Under the pieces are notes generated by a model, which was not told where the DNA came from, searched no databases, and saw nothing but the letters and a program-made list of their open reading frames with translations. From positions 62,001 through 126,000 of the forward strand of contig NIVC01001445.1 in the NCBI GenBank assembly GCA_002269645.1: a DNA stretch of 64,000 nt, given 5' to 3'. Shown here piece after piece: positions 1-10,765 of the stretch. The position numbers were made by a program, and so were the translations under genes. Positions within the stretch are counted from its first letter, which is position 1. Every line of letters starts with the position of its first letter. The DNA comes from Macrostomum lignano. Its lineage: Eukaryota.

Positions 1-680
1 CCCGTATCTTGGATCTTAGAGTCCCGTATCTTAGATCCCATAGTCCCGTATCTTGGATCTTAGAGTCCCGTATCTTAGATCTTAGAGTCCCGTATCTTAG
101 ATCTTAGAGTCCCGTATCTTAGATCCCATAGTCCCGTATCTTGGATCTTAGAGTCCCGTATCTTGGATCTTAGAGTCCCGTATCTTGGATCTTAGAGTCC
201 CGTATCTTGGATCTTGGAGTCCCGTATCTTGGATCTTAGAGTCCCGTATCTTGGATCCCTAAGTCCCGTATCTTAGATCCCAGATCCCATATCTTAGATC
301 CCAGAGTCCCGTATCTTAGATCTCAAAGTCCCGAATCCTAGATCCCAGAATCCCGTATTCTAGATCCCAGAGTCCCGTATCTTAGATTCCAAAGTCCCGA
401 ATCCTAGATCCCAGAATCCCGTATTCTAGATCCCAGAGTCCCGTATCTTAGATTCCAAAGTCCCGAATCCTAGATCCCAGAATCCCGTATCCTAGATCCC
501 AGAGTCCCGTATCTTAGATTCCAAAGTCCCGAATCCTAGATCCCAGAATCCCGTATCCTAGATCCCAGAGTCCCGATTCTTTGATTCCAAAGTCCCGTAT
601 ATTTAATCCCTGAATCCTGTGTCTTTAATCGATCCCTGAGTTTCTATCCTAGACCTCGGAGTCCCGTATCTTAGATCCCA
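1..680. repeat. 22-bp minisatellite (consensus ~CCCGTATCTTAGATCCCAGAGT), runs off the window start; intronic to the ERC-like gene
   Basis: CCCGTATC recurs at 1, 23, 45 and onward; the array decays by ~700. Confidence 0.95.
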
Positions 681-752
681 GACCAAGTCAAAGATTAAGT
701 CCCATATCCCAAACCAACTTGAACCCAAACCACATCCGCCAATCTCCATCAG

Positions 753-990
753 GGAGCTGGAAAAGCGCGAGCGCGACCTTCGCAGCCTGGAGCAGCAGCT
801 GGACCGGCAGATGCTGGAGCTGCTGGAGTCCAAGGAGGAGGCGCTGATGTCCTCGGTGTGCGAGAAGGACGCCAACATCGCCCTGCTGGAGATCACAGTG
901 CAGAGCCGGGGCGCCAATCCGCAGGTGCAAAATCAGATCAGGCGGTTCAGCGATGAGAAGATGAAGCTGCAGGCCCAGCTGCAGCAGCTG
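753..990 (+). CDS. ERC: ERC/ELKS/CAST (Bruchpilot-related) active-zone coiled-coil protein, penultimate exon; upstream exons are outside the window
   Basis: Acceptor ccatcag|G at 752/753 and donor CTG|gtgagg at 990/991. Translation ..LLESKEEALMSSVCEKDANIALLEI.. matches the ERC1/ERC2 C-terminal block KQEALLAAISEKDANIALLEL recalled from the family. Confidence 0.85.
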
Positions 991-1279
991 GTGAGGCTTG
1001 CTGAAATCACATCGTTTGCTTCGGTTTCCCTAATTTGGGATGCTATAGAATCATTTATCCTGTTTGATTAAAAATCCCCATTTTAGGATATTCCAAAATT
1101 AGAATCCTGGTTGATTAAAAATCCCTACTTTGGGATATTCCAAAATTAAAATCCTGTTTGATTAAAAATCCCCGTTTTTCTAGGGAAAAGTGGATTTAGA
1201 ATCCCCTTTTTCAAGCTCAAATCTTTAGTTTTTGTTCGTAATTTCAACTAATCAAACTTACTTGACTAATTTATTCGAG

Positions 1280-1495
1280 GCCAACTCAAAGATGAAGCTG
1301 AAGGAGCAACAGCAGAAGAGGCTGAGCCAAGGCGGCGGAGGTGGCGGCGGCGGCATGCTGGTGAACAGCGGGGGCGGAGGCTACGGGATGGTTGGCCAGC
1401 AGCAGCAGCAGCAGCAGCAGCAGTCTCAGCAACAGCCGCAGCAGCAGCTGGGGAAGCCAACCTACATGGGTCCCGGGCTCGGCTCCCTGCGCTAG
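1280..1495 (+). CDS. ERC: ERC/ELKS/CAST-like protein, terminal exon (ANSKMKL... followed by a Gly/Gln-rich tail, stop TAG)
   Basis: Branch-like gactaat at 1264-1270 and acceptor ttcgag|GCC; phase 0 matches the previous exon; ANSKMKL aligns with ERC TQNRMKL. Confidence 0.8.
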   Translation, partial: ANSKMKLKEQQQKRLSQGGGGGGGGMLVNSGGGGYGMVGQQQQQQQQQSQQQPQQQLGKPTYMGPGLGSLR

Positions 1496-2285
1496 CGGTA
1501 ACTCAAACCTCGAGATCGAAGGCCCCCCGCGCATGTAAATTGTCCACCATCCCCTTCCTTTGCTTTTTTCAATTTTATCACTTTTTTCTCCTACCTGCGT
1601 ATCAGCTCTGCGTCTGTCCGTCTGTCTAGTCTAGCTGGCTTTTTGGTCTATTAAATTTTACATATTTTAATAATTATTTCTAGCTGTTATTGAATTATAT
1701 CTTTTTTTAGCTAGCATGGTCTGTTCTTATTAGTCCGCGCTGCAATCTAGTCTTTTTATATTTGATACATTTTCATAGTAAATTTTTCATCTCCTCTATA
1801 TACTACTCACACTAGCGTTGCTGGTCAGTAGTCAGTTTTAGTTTTGTAAAATCTCTTTTAACGCGTATTTTGATAAAGACTGCTATTGTTCTATACACAG
1901 TTCTCAGTGCTGCAGACTCTGTTGTTGCATTCTAGTAACTGCTTTCTCTTCTGTTTCCATAGCAACCGTTTTATTCATTAATTTTTAACCCTTGAAATTA
2001 GTGAAGTACTTCACTATGACTTATTTAATTGGCAATATTAACCTTGCAATAGTGTTATAGAGTGCCGTGTGTTTATTGACAAGCATAAATTTGCTTTTTA
2101 AGACGATGCACTTTTGCGCATCCAGCACCCAGTTTTCGTTTTAGTTAGTTCTCTGTCTGCGATGCACGGACTTAAATTGAATTTTCTTTTATCGCTGTTT
2201 AAAATCAGCTCGGCTCTTCGTGTCACCTCTGAGCTGCAGGAAGACTACCTGCCAGATTGGGAGCTGCGAGTGCAATTCCTGTTTA

Positions 2286-2291
2286 AATAAA
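2286..2291 (+). promoter_or_regulatory. Candidate polyadenylation signal for the ERC-like gene
   Basis: AATAAA ~790 nt after the stop, followed by a GT/T-rich tract (tttgtttgtttttt). Confidence 0.55.
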
Positions 2292-2324
2292 GTCGTAAAA
2301 ATTTGTTTGTTTTTTAGTTCAAAT

Positions 2325-2486
2325 TTAGTTTGTTAGTCAGTCAGTTAGTTAGTTAGTTAGTTAGTTAGTCAGTTAGTTAGTTAGTTAGTTAGTCAGTCAG
2401 TTAGTTAGTTAGTCAGTTAGTTATTTAGTTAGTTAGTTAGTCAGTCAGTTAGTTAGTCAGTTAGTTTGTTAGTTAGTTAGTTAGTC

Positions 2487-2519
<33 letters not shown>

Positions 2520-2624
2520 ATTAGTTAGTTAGTTAGTTAGTCAGTCAGTTAGTTAGTTAGTTAGTTAGTCAGTTAGTTAGTTAGTTAGTTAGTTAGTTAG
2601 CTAGCTAGCTAGTTAGTTACGTAA

Positions 2625-2677
<53 letters not shown>

Positions 2678-2760
2678 CAGTTAGTTAGTTAGTTAGTTAG
2701 TTAGTCAGTTAGTTAGTTAGTTAGTTAGTTAGTTAGCTAGCTAGCTAGTTAGTTACGTAA

Positions 2761-2809
<49 letters not shown>

Positions 2810-2870
2810 CAGTTAGTTAGTTAGTTAGTCAGTTAGTTAGTTAGTCAGTTAGTTAGTTAGTTAGTCAGTT
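2325..2870. repeat. (TTAG)n tetranucleotide microsatellite with TCAG/CTAG variants
   Basis: Direct reading. Confidence 0.98.
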
Positions 2871-3809
2871 CACTACACATTCGGTGCCCTGGGAATCGAA
2901 CTCGGGGAACCCTAGCAACTCTGGTATTTTAAACGCCATTAAAATTTTGCGCAACCGCAGCTCTCCATTCGAATTTAGCAAATTCGCAATCAGTTGAGCA
3001 GCTCTGCCCTTTAAGTTAATCATGTTTCTCAAGACCACACTTTAACCGATAAATTTTATTACCCATTACCTAAGTAGCAGAGCGGCGCTGGGTACACCGT
3101 GTACTTTAACTGTTGATCTGCCTTGGCCACTGTGATCACTGCAGCATTCTGGTTGCAATGTTCAGATTCAGATTCTTAATTATTCATATTTAGGCGATGT
3201 TAGCATAAGCGTCAAGAGTTTTTAGTTCAACCTCTCCCAGATGCGGAACCATGGAGACCTCACAGATTGTTGAAATTTATTGCCTAGGTGAAGGCTACAG
3301 GTTTACAGTCTATAATGCACTTCTCACTGCTTAGTTAATGCTAAAGTATTCGGCATGGCATGCTCCTGAATTAAATATAATCAAAAATGCGTTTAGCACA
3401 GAAACTAAGCTTTAATGTCTACTTAAAGAAGTGGCTACTGCGTTTTTCTTTTAATTCTTTAACTATTCTATTAGATTAGTGAACTCTTCTCCCCCTGTGT
3501 TACACACGCTCACACAGGGTGCACAGCGGCATGTACACTCCTTGTGGGTTGCCCCTCGTGGGTGCGGATCGCACGACAACTTCTCGTGTAACTTTCACGC
3601 AGGCAATCCTGAAATGGATTTTAAGCTGCCGGAGCCAATGAGCGTAGAAGAAAGCCTACTAAATTTGATACTTAAATCACTCTGCATACTGTTTTCAGTA
3701 GTATAAATCTGCCAGAGCCCAAGTGAAGTCTCAACCAGCCACCTCCTATTTTCAGCTGTGCTGATCCGTTCCAATACAAATTTGACCTCAGTTGACCCCC
3801 ACCACAACA

Positions 3810-4451
3810 ATGTGGCTGCTGTGGTGCCTCGGCTGGGCCGCCTACGCATTCTACGCCGCGGCCTTTCTGTTCTGCTTTGCCGTGGGCCTGTACTACCTGG
3901 CCGAGCTGGTGGAGGAGTACACCGTGTTCACCTGCAAGCTCATCCGCTGGCTCATCATCGGCACGCTGGCTTTGCACGCCGCTCTGCTGCTCCTAGAAGA
4001 CGCCTGGTGGAGCCTGATTGCTGTTGGCGTCCTGGCTCACCTGCTGTACGCCAGCCTGCTGAAAACCTATCCGGGATTCCAGTTCAGCTCGCCCAGCTTC
4101 ATCCTGTCTGCCCTGCTGCTGCTGGCGCATCATTACCTGGCATTCGCCTACTTCGCTGAAGCCTACCGGCCTTTCCTTGAGGTGCTGGCCTTCTTCACCT
4201 TCCTGGTCTGGCCGACACCGTTCCTGCTGGTCATCTCGCTCAGCGCCAACGAGCTGGTGCTGCCCCAGACTGAGGAGCGCTCGCACCTGATGATGCCCGG
4301 CTCCTCCGGCGTGCTGTACGCTGACGACGGCTCCTCGTCGCATTTCGTCAGCGCCTATTTGAAAGGCCGCCGGCGTGGCCTGCTGTACTTTCTGAACAAC
4401 CTGCGGGACAGCCTGCTGCCCAACGAGTGGAAATCTAAAAAAGGCTACTGA
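3810..4451 (+). CDS. TEX261: TEX261 / Svp26-family multi-pass ER-Golgi membrane protein, intronless, 213 aa
   Basis: MW start with ..GLYYLAELVEEYTV.., ..SPSFILS..HHYLAFAYFAEAY.PF.EVLAFFTF.VW..PF...ISLSANE.VLP; these match TEX261 family motifs along the full length; GC-rich codons. Confidence 0.93.
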   Translation: MWLLWCLGWAAYAFYAAAFLFCFAVGLYYLAELVEEYTVFTCKLIRWLIIGTLALHAALLLLEDAWWSLIAVGVLAHLLYASLLKTYPGFQFSSPSFILSALLLLAHHYLAFAYFAEAYRPFLEVLAFFTFLVWPTPFLLVISLSANELVLPQTEERSHLMMPGSSGVLYADDGSSSHFVSAYLKGRRRGLLYFLNNLRDSLLPNEWKSKKGY

Positions 4452-4684
4452 GTGACTGATTGACAACTTCACTGAATTGCTGATACCGGCTCCTTAGCTA
4501 AGGTGCTTTCAATAATACTCTGTTCACTTTTTACTCTTTAGCTCAGCTCTCCGCCTTAGCAGCAGTTCACTGGCCACCTGGCAACCCGGACCGTGGATCT
4601 TAATTGGATTTGGACTGGATTTGCTGACACTGCTGCACCCTGCTGTGTGCTGGCGTAGTGCATGTGCTGCCTTCGCTCATGGGT

Positions 4685-5310
4685 TCTCACCCTCCCCCTC
4701 ACCTCTTTTTCATCTATCGCTCTCTAATCTTCCTCTCACCTCTCCCTCTCACCTATCGCTCTCTAATCTCCCTCTCACCTCTCCCTCTCGCCCCTCCCTC
4801 TCACCTATCGCTCTCTAATCTCCCTCACCTCTCCCTCTCACCTCTCCCTCTCACCCCCCTCTCACCCCTCCCTCTCACCTATCGCTCTCTAATCTTCCTC
4901 TGATCTCTCCCTCTCACCTCTCTCTCACATCTTCTCTCAACGCTCCCTCTCATCTCTCCCTCTCACCTCTCTCTCTCACATCTTCTCTCAACTCTCCCTC
5001 TCACCTCTCTCTCACATCTTCTCTCAACTCTCCCTCTCATCTCTCCCTCTCACCTCTCTCTCTCTCTCACATCTTCTCTCAACTCTCCCTCTTATCTCTC
5101 CCTCTCACCTCTCTCTCTCACATCTTCTCTCAACTCTCCCTCTCACCTCTCCCTCTCACCTCTCTCTCACATCTTCTCTCAACTCTCCCTCTCATCTCTC
5201 CCTCTCACCTCTCTCTCTCACATCTTCTCTCAACTCTCCCTCTCACCTCTCCCTCTCACCTCTCTCTCTCACATCTTCTCTCAACTCTCCCTCTCACCTC
5301 TCCCTCTCAC
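4685..5310. repeat. Pyrimidine-rich compound minisatellite (TCTCCCTCTCACC / CACATCTTCTCTCAAC units)
   Basis: Direct reading. Confidence 0.9.
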
Positions 5311-6016
5311 CTTATCGACGTTCTTACCAAGAAGAAACGTTTAAAGCGCAGTATTAAACTGAGCTGTATACACGAGGTATCTGAAGTGTTCACTCAGCGC
5401 GCAGAACACTGCTAGAAAGTTCCCAAGAAAGTTCTCATTTTTAACCGAGTAGAGAATGTGAGATCTTTGGCGATCTGGCGCAACTGATCCCGCTTTCTGT
5501 CGGTGTAGCGCTCGTACTGAGATAAAAATTGCGCAAGTCATTTGTCAAAATTTGCCTGTTCTGCAATATGCAATGACAGCGAAACCAACGGGCATTATCA
5601 TTTTGTGATTTTTTACCCAGACTGATTGTCATTCAGTGTGTACTCGCCGTGTAGTACAGTTCCTGTTGAGTCATGGTGGTAAACTGTTTTAGTGTATTAG
5701 TGCATTAGTACATTAGTGCATTGGTGTATTAGTGCATTAGTGCATATTGGCAGTGTCTAAGGCTCTCTGTATAAAATAATTTAAATAGTTTGTGTGTATT
5801 AAATATGTTTTTCTCAACATAATTTTACCGACAACTATTTTTTATGATTATTAATATAGTTTCACTCGTATATTTATTGGCAAAAAGCTACTTGTTGGCG
5901 GCACGGGTGGCGAAAATGTGTCTTTGAATTTGCTTCTCACTGGTTAACTGGCAATTGTGACATGTGACTAATACTGTCTCCTCTTTGCGTTGTTTTCTTT
6001 CTATAACAGCTTTATT

Positions 6017-6483
6017 CAATGACCAGATCAGTCATCATATGATCTGCTATGGGAGGGCAATGACCAGATCAGTCATCATATGATCTGCTATGGGAGGGCA
6101 ATGACCAGATCCGGCATCATATGATCTGCTATGGGAGGGCAATGACCAGATCAGTCATCATATGATCTGCTATGGTGAGGGCAATGACCAGATCAGTCAT
6201 CATATGATCTGCTATGGGGAGGGCAATGACCAGATCAGGCATCATATGATCTGCTATGGGGAGGGCAATGACCAGATCAGGCATCATATGATCTGCTATG
6301 GGGAGGGCAATGACCAGATCAGCCATCATATGATCTGCTATGGGAGGGCAATGACCAGATCAGGCATCATATGATCTGCTATGGGGAGGGCAATGACCAG
6401 ATCAGGCATCATATGATCTGCTATGGGGAGGGCAATGACCAGATCAGTCATCATATGATCTGCTATGGGGAGGGCAATGACCT
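6017..6483. repeat. 41-42-bp minisatellite, ~11 units (CAATGACCAGATCAGTCATCATATGATCTGCTATGGGGAGGG)
   Basis: Direct reading; each unit contains the palindrome ATCATATGAT. Confidence 0.97.
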
Positions 6484-6617
6484 GTCAATATTCAAAGGCG
6501 AGATTGATAAGCATCTCAATTCAATAGTGTTCTGATCAACTCAGTTACAGCGCATCACGACATCTGAGCAGTTTCTGTTGCCTCAATGGCGGCCCAGTCA
6601 AGTCGCAGCTGAAGTCC

Positions 6618-6934
6618 TCACTCATAAATGACTCGGATAACTCGCACCTTCCGCTTGCTGCCGTAGCAGGCCATGCCGAATAGAATGACGCAACCGACCA
6701 GGCCGACTGGCACGTGCCACCATTGAAATCCGCCGCTGGTGATCGGGTCCGGTGTGGGATCTGGAGTCCATGGCACTGTAGAGATCGTGCGCTCCCCCAG
6801 GTGGCATGTAGCAGATGTACGGCCTGCGCTGGGCGCAGTCAGCCTTGTAGACCGTCCGGTTCGATGGGTAAATCGCTGTCGCGCACCTGGTGCTGTCGTC
6901 GCAGTATCTGCCGGTGCACCCGATGGTGGCACCT
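6618..6934 (-). CDS. CUB-like/C-type lectin membrane protein, exon 3 (end of CTLD, Pro/Thr stalk, TM, basic tail); one-base frameshift in the G5 run at 6794-6798 as written
   Basis: Acceptor caccgcag|A completes phase 2 from exon 2. The frame reads ..RCATAIYPSNRTVYKADCAQRRPYICYMPP, then after removing one G: GERTISTVPWTPDPTPDPITSGGFQWWHVPVGLVGCVILFGMACYGSKRK. Confidence 0.75.
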
Positions 6935-7253
6935 CTGCGGTGCAGGGACGCGTATTTGGACTTGTTAGAGAGGCTTAGGACAAGAAATCTTTGAACTTTA
7001 AAGCTACGTTTTAGTCTGGCATTGTGCACCGACGAGAAGCATTACTGCCCATTCCGCCGACTCCCCTGAGCAGGCGCGGATACGTACGCAGTCATACGCA
7101 CAGGTACACACTCCACAGGAGTGTACAGCGGCCCTAACTTTAATTATCGTTAGGCATGTGCACTTCACTGCGCCAATTGGGGAGCTCGCGCATCAGAGCG
7201 CCTCGCCAGACCACTGGGCTACGCCCTCCTGGTGCTGGGGCTTCATTCAAAGT

Positions 7254-8433
7254 TCTAATCCTCAGATTAGGACAGCATCCAATCCTCAGATTAGGACAGC
7301 ATCCAATCCTCAGATTAGGACAGCATCTAATCCTCAGATTAGGACAGCATCCAATCCTCAGATTAGGACAGCATCCAATCCTCAGATTAGGACATCATCT
7401 AATCCTCAGATTAGGACAACATCTAATCCTCAGATTAGGACAGCATCCAATCCTCAGATTAGGACAACATCTAATCCTCAGATTAGGACAGCATCCAATC
7501 CTCAGATTAGGGCAGCATCTAATCATCAGATTAGGACATCATCTAATCCTCAGATTAGGACAACATCTAATCCTCAGATTAGGACAGCATTTAATCATCA
7601 GATTAGGGCAGCATCTAATCCTCAGATTAGGACAGCATCTAATCCTCAGATTAGGGCAGCATCTAATCCTCAGATTAGGACAACATCTAATCCTCAGATT
7701 AGGACAGCATCCAATCCTCAGATTAGGACAGCATCCAATCCTCAGATTAGGACATCATCTAATCCTCAGATTAGGACAACATCTAATCCTCAGATTAGGA
7801 CAGCATTTAATCATCAGATTAGGGCAGCATCTAATCCTCAGATTAGGACAGCATCTAATCCTCAGATTAGGGCAGCATCTAATCATCAAATTAGGACAGC
7901 ATCTAATCCTAAGATTAGGACAGCATCTAATCCTCAGATTAGGACAACATCTAATCCTCAGATTAGGACAGCATCTAATCCTCAGATTAGGACAACATCT
8001 AATCCTCAGATTAGGACAGCATTTAATCATCAGATTAGGGCAGCATCCAATCCTCAGATTAGGGCAGCATCTAATCCTCAGATTAGGACAGCATCCAATC
8101 ATCAGATTAGGACAGCATCTAATCCTCAGATTAGGACAGCATCTAATCCTCAGATTAGGACAGCATTTAATCATCAGATTAGGGCAGCATCCAATCCTCA
8201 GATTAGGACAGCATCTAATCCTCAGATTAGGACAGCATCCAATCCTCAGATTAGGACAGCATCTAATCCTCAGATTAGGACAGCATCTAATCCTCAGATT
8301 AGGACAGCATCTAATCCTCAGATTAGGACAGCATCTAATCCTCAGATTAGGACAGCATCTAATCCCCAGATTAGGACAGCATCCAATCCTCAGATTAGGA
8401 CAGCATCCAATCCTCAGATTAGGACAGCATCTA
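7254..8433. repeat. 24-bp minisatellite, ~49 units (TCTAATCCTCAGATTAGGACAGCA), inside lectin intron 2
   Basis: Direct reading; accounts for the ORFs at 7156, 7158 and 7755. Confidence 0.98.
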
Positions 8434-8519
8434 AGCATCAGTTTTTGGCGTCATCTAATCCCAACATCTGTGACTTTAATCCTAGATAATGAAAGGACCC
8501 TGTGGCGCCAGTCACTCAC

Positions 8520-8863
8520 GAGTGCAGACGGCTGCGGTTCAGCCAGACGAGCCGGTTCCGCACCGCGATGTCCGTCAGGCCGATCCATGAATAGCTGGCC
8601 GTCAGGTTGGCCTTCAGCTGGCCCATCAAGTCGCCCAGCTGACCAGAAAAGTTGGCCGGCACGTGCAGCAGATTCGCCTGCAGGTTTGTGCAGGCCTTCT
8701 GCGCGTCACGGAAGTTCAGCCAACCGCTGAGGCTGCTGGCACCGAAGCAGGTGCCGTTCAGCAGCTGCCAGTTGGGCGGACAGTCGGTCCTCGGCACCGC
8801 TCGAACTCGCATGCGCACCTCCGCTGAGCTGCACAAATTCGGCCTTCTGGAGTGAGACTTCAC
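8520..8863 (-). CDS. CUB-like/C-type lectin membrane protein, exon 2 (N-terminal part of the CTLD)
   Basis: Acceptor ccgccgcag|GTG and donor TC|gtgagt. Encodes CPPNWQLLNGTCF..NFRDAQKAC..ANLLHV..WIGLTD..W, a canonical CTLD pattern. Confidence 0.88.
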
Positions 8864-9001
8864 CTGCGGCGGTATTTAATAAGTATTTTGTTTAAAATTT
8901 CGGCTCTGCATCGCAACTATTCGAATTCTCAATGCCAACGTCACTTGAGCACTTTTGAAGAGCGACAAAAAATATTTTGAATTGAATTCTATGAGTATCA
9001 C

Positions 9002-9352
9002 CTCCAGCCATCCGCTCCGAGTCATCAAGTTCAAGCTGGTTTTGGCCAGGCCGCCAAGGTACTCGTTCGAGATGTACACACGGGAGCCTTCGACGGAAAA
9101 AGACGAGTTCGAGTTGATGTCGACTTTGAGCACCTCGATGTGAAGCAGCACGCTGCTGCTGCTGCTCTTGCCAACGGAAGACACGTTGAAGACGCAGCTC
9201 AGCGCACACCCGGGCTCGCCTTCCAACCGGGTGACCAGGAAGAAGTCCGGGTCAGTGATGCTGTCCACCCCGGTTGAGTTGCAATAGAATGTTCGCTGAG
9301 CAGTCGTGGCTCCCAGCAGGCAGCAGACGAGAACGGCAGTGAGGCGCAGCAT
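9002..9352 (-). CDS. CUB-like/C-type lectin membrane protein, exon 1 (signal peptide plus divergent CUB-like domain)
   Basis: ATG at 9352 starts MLRLTAVLVCCLLGATTA (signal peptide). Cys spacing and beta-strand pattern C..ITDPDF..C...CVFNV..VLLHIEVLKVD..GWLE|VKS are CUB-like. Donor GAG|gtgata is phase 0; an alternative donor at 8945 is possible. Confidence 0.75.
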
Positions 9353-9355
9353 GGC

Positions 9356-9387
9356 GTTTCGGTTTCGGTTTCGGTTTCGGTTTCGGG
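9356..9387. repeat. (TTTCGG)5 short tandem repeat immediately 5' of the lectin ATG
   Basis: Direct reading; reads (CCGAAA)n on the gene strand. Confidence 0.9.
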
Positions 9388-9799
9388 GGCGCTCTGCTTC
9401 GCTCCACCCCGCTCTACTCAACCTGTTAGAGCTTTTATATTGGCAGTGGCAGCGGGTCTGCCCACTGCGGCTCCGAGATAAGGTAGCTCTGAGCACCCGG
9501 ACCCTCACTGACCGGGTCAATCGCCCTGTGTGTGCGTAGATGGCACTACTCAGGGTTAAACTATTTTATTTTGTCAACAAAAAGATTGTTGCCAGGCAGC
9601 CGTTATCTGGCAAGAATATCGGTGGCTATGAGCGTAGATTTTTCTGCGTGTTTCTTGTGCGAGTCTGGCAGCCTCTGTCATTGAAACTATTTACGAGCTA
9701 CATTCCTATAAGGCTAAAGTCAAGGAAGCGAATAACCCTTCTAACCCTCCGGTCTTTTGAAGCTTCACAATAAAAATCCGGCCCGCTCAAGACTTGTGT

Positions 9800-10765
9800 C
9801 TCTTCTTTCCTCTCTTCTCCCTCTCTGCTCTCCTTAGCTATCTCCTTTCTCCTTTCTCCTCTCCTCTTTTCTCTCGTCTTCTCTCTCCTCTCCTCTTCAC
9901 TCGCTTCTCTCCCTACATCCATTTCATCCCTCCTCTCGCCTCCTCTCTTCTCCTTTATTCCTTCACCTCCCTTGCTCCTCTCTGTTCTCTGTTCCCTCTT
10001 CCCTCTTCTCTCTTCTCTCTTCTCTCTTCTCTCTTCTCTCTTCCCTCTTCCCTCTTCCCTCTTCTCTCTTCCCTCTTCCATTTTCTCTCTTCCCTTTTCC
10101 CTATTCTCTCTTCTCTCTTCCCTCTTCATTTTTCTCTCTTCTCTCTACTCTGTTCTCTCTTTCCTCTTCTCTCTTCCCTCTTCTCTTTTCCCTCTTCTGT
10201 CTTCCCTCTTCTCTTTTCCCTTCTCTCTCTTCCCTCTTCTCTCTTCCCTCTTCTCTCTTCCCTCTTCTCTCTTCCCTCTTCATTTTTTCTCTCTTCTCTC
10301 TTCTCTCTTCCCTCTTCTCTTTTCCTTTCTCTCTCTTCCCTCTTCTCTCTTCCCTCTTCTCTCTTCCCTCTTCTCTTTTCCCTTCTCTCTCTTCCCTCTT
10401 CTCTCTTCCCTCTTCTCTCTTCCCTCTTCATTTTTCTCTCTTCTCTCTTCTCTCTTCCCTCTTCTCTTTTCCCTTCTCTCTCTTCCCTCTTCTATCTTTC
10501 CTCTTCTCTCTTCTCTCTTCTCTCTTTCCTCTTCATTTTTCTCTCTTATCTCTACTCTCTTCTCTCTTTCCTCTTCTCTCTTCCCTCTTCTCTTTTCCCT
10601 CTTCTGTCTTCCCTCTTCTCTCTTCTCTCTTCCCTCTTCCCTTTTCTCTCTTCCCTTTTCCCTCTTCTTTCTTCCCTCTTCATTTTTCTCTCTTCTCTCT
10701 TCCCTCTTCTCTTTTCCCTTCTCTCTCTTCCCTCTTCTCTCTTCCCTCTTCTCTCTTCCTTCTTC
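9800..10765. repeat. Polypyrimidine low-complexity tract (CTCTTCC/CTCTTCT units)
   Basis: Direct reading; explains the L/S/F-rich ORFs. Confidence 0.95.

Noticed and set aside
2883-2907. tRNA/SINE-like B-box on - (GAGTTCGATTCCCAGGGCACC) next to the (CTAA)n tail
   Set aside because: No convincing A-box, T-stem pairing or cloverleaf, and the other CTAA array lacks it. At most a decayed SINE fragment.
3672-4472. ORFs overlapping TEX261 on both strands
   Set aside because: Shadow ORFs of the GC-rich TEX261 CDS.
7156-8730. Long ORFs of 227-524 aa (LRLGQHPI / SNPQIRTA / CCPNLRIR repeats)
   Set aside because: They are translations of a 24-bp minisatellite lying inside lectin intron 2; open frames follow from the period being a multiple of 3.
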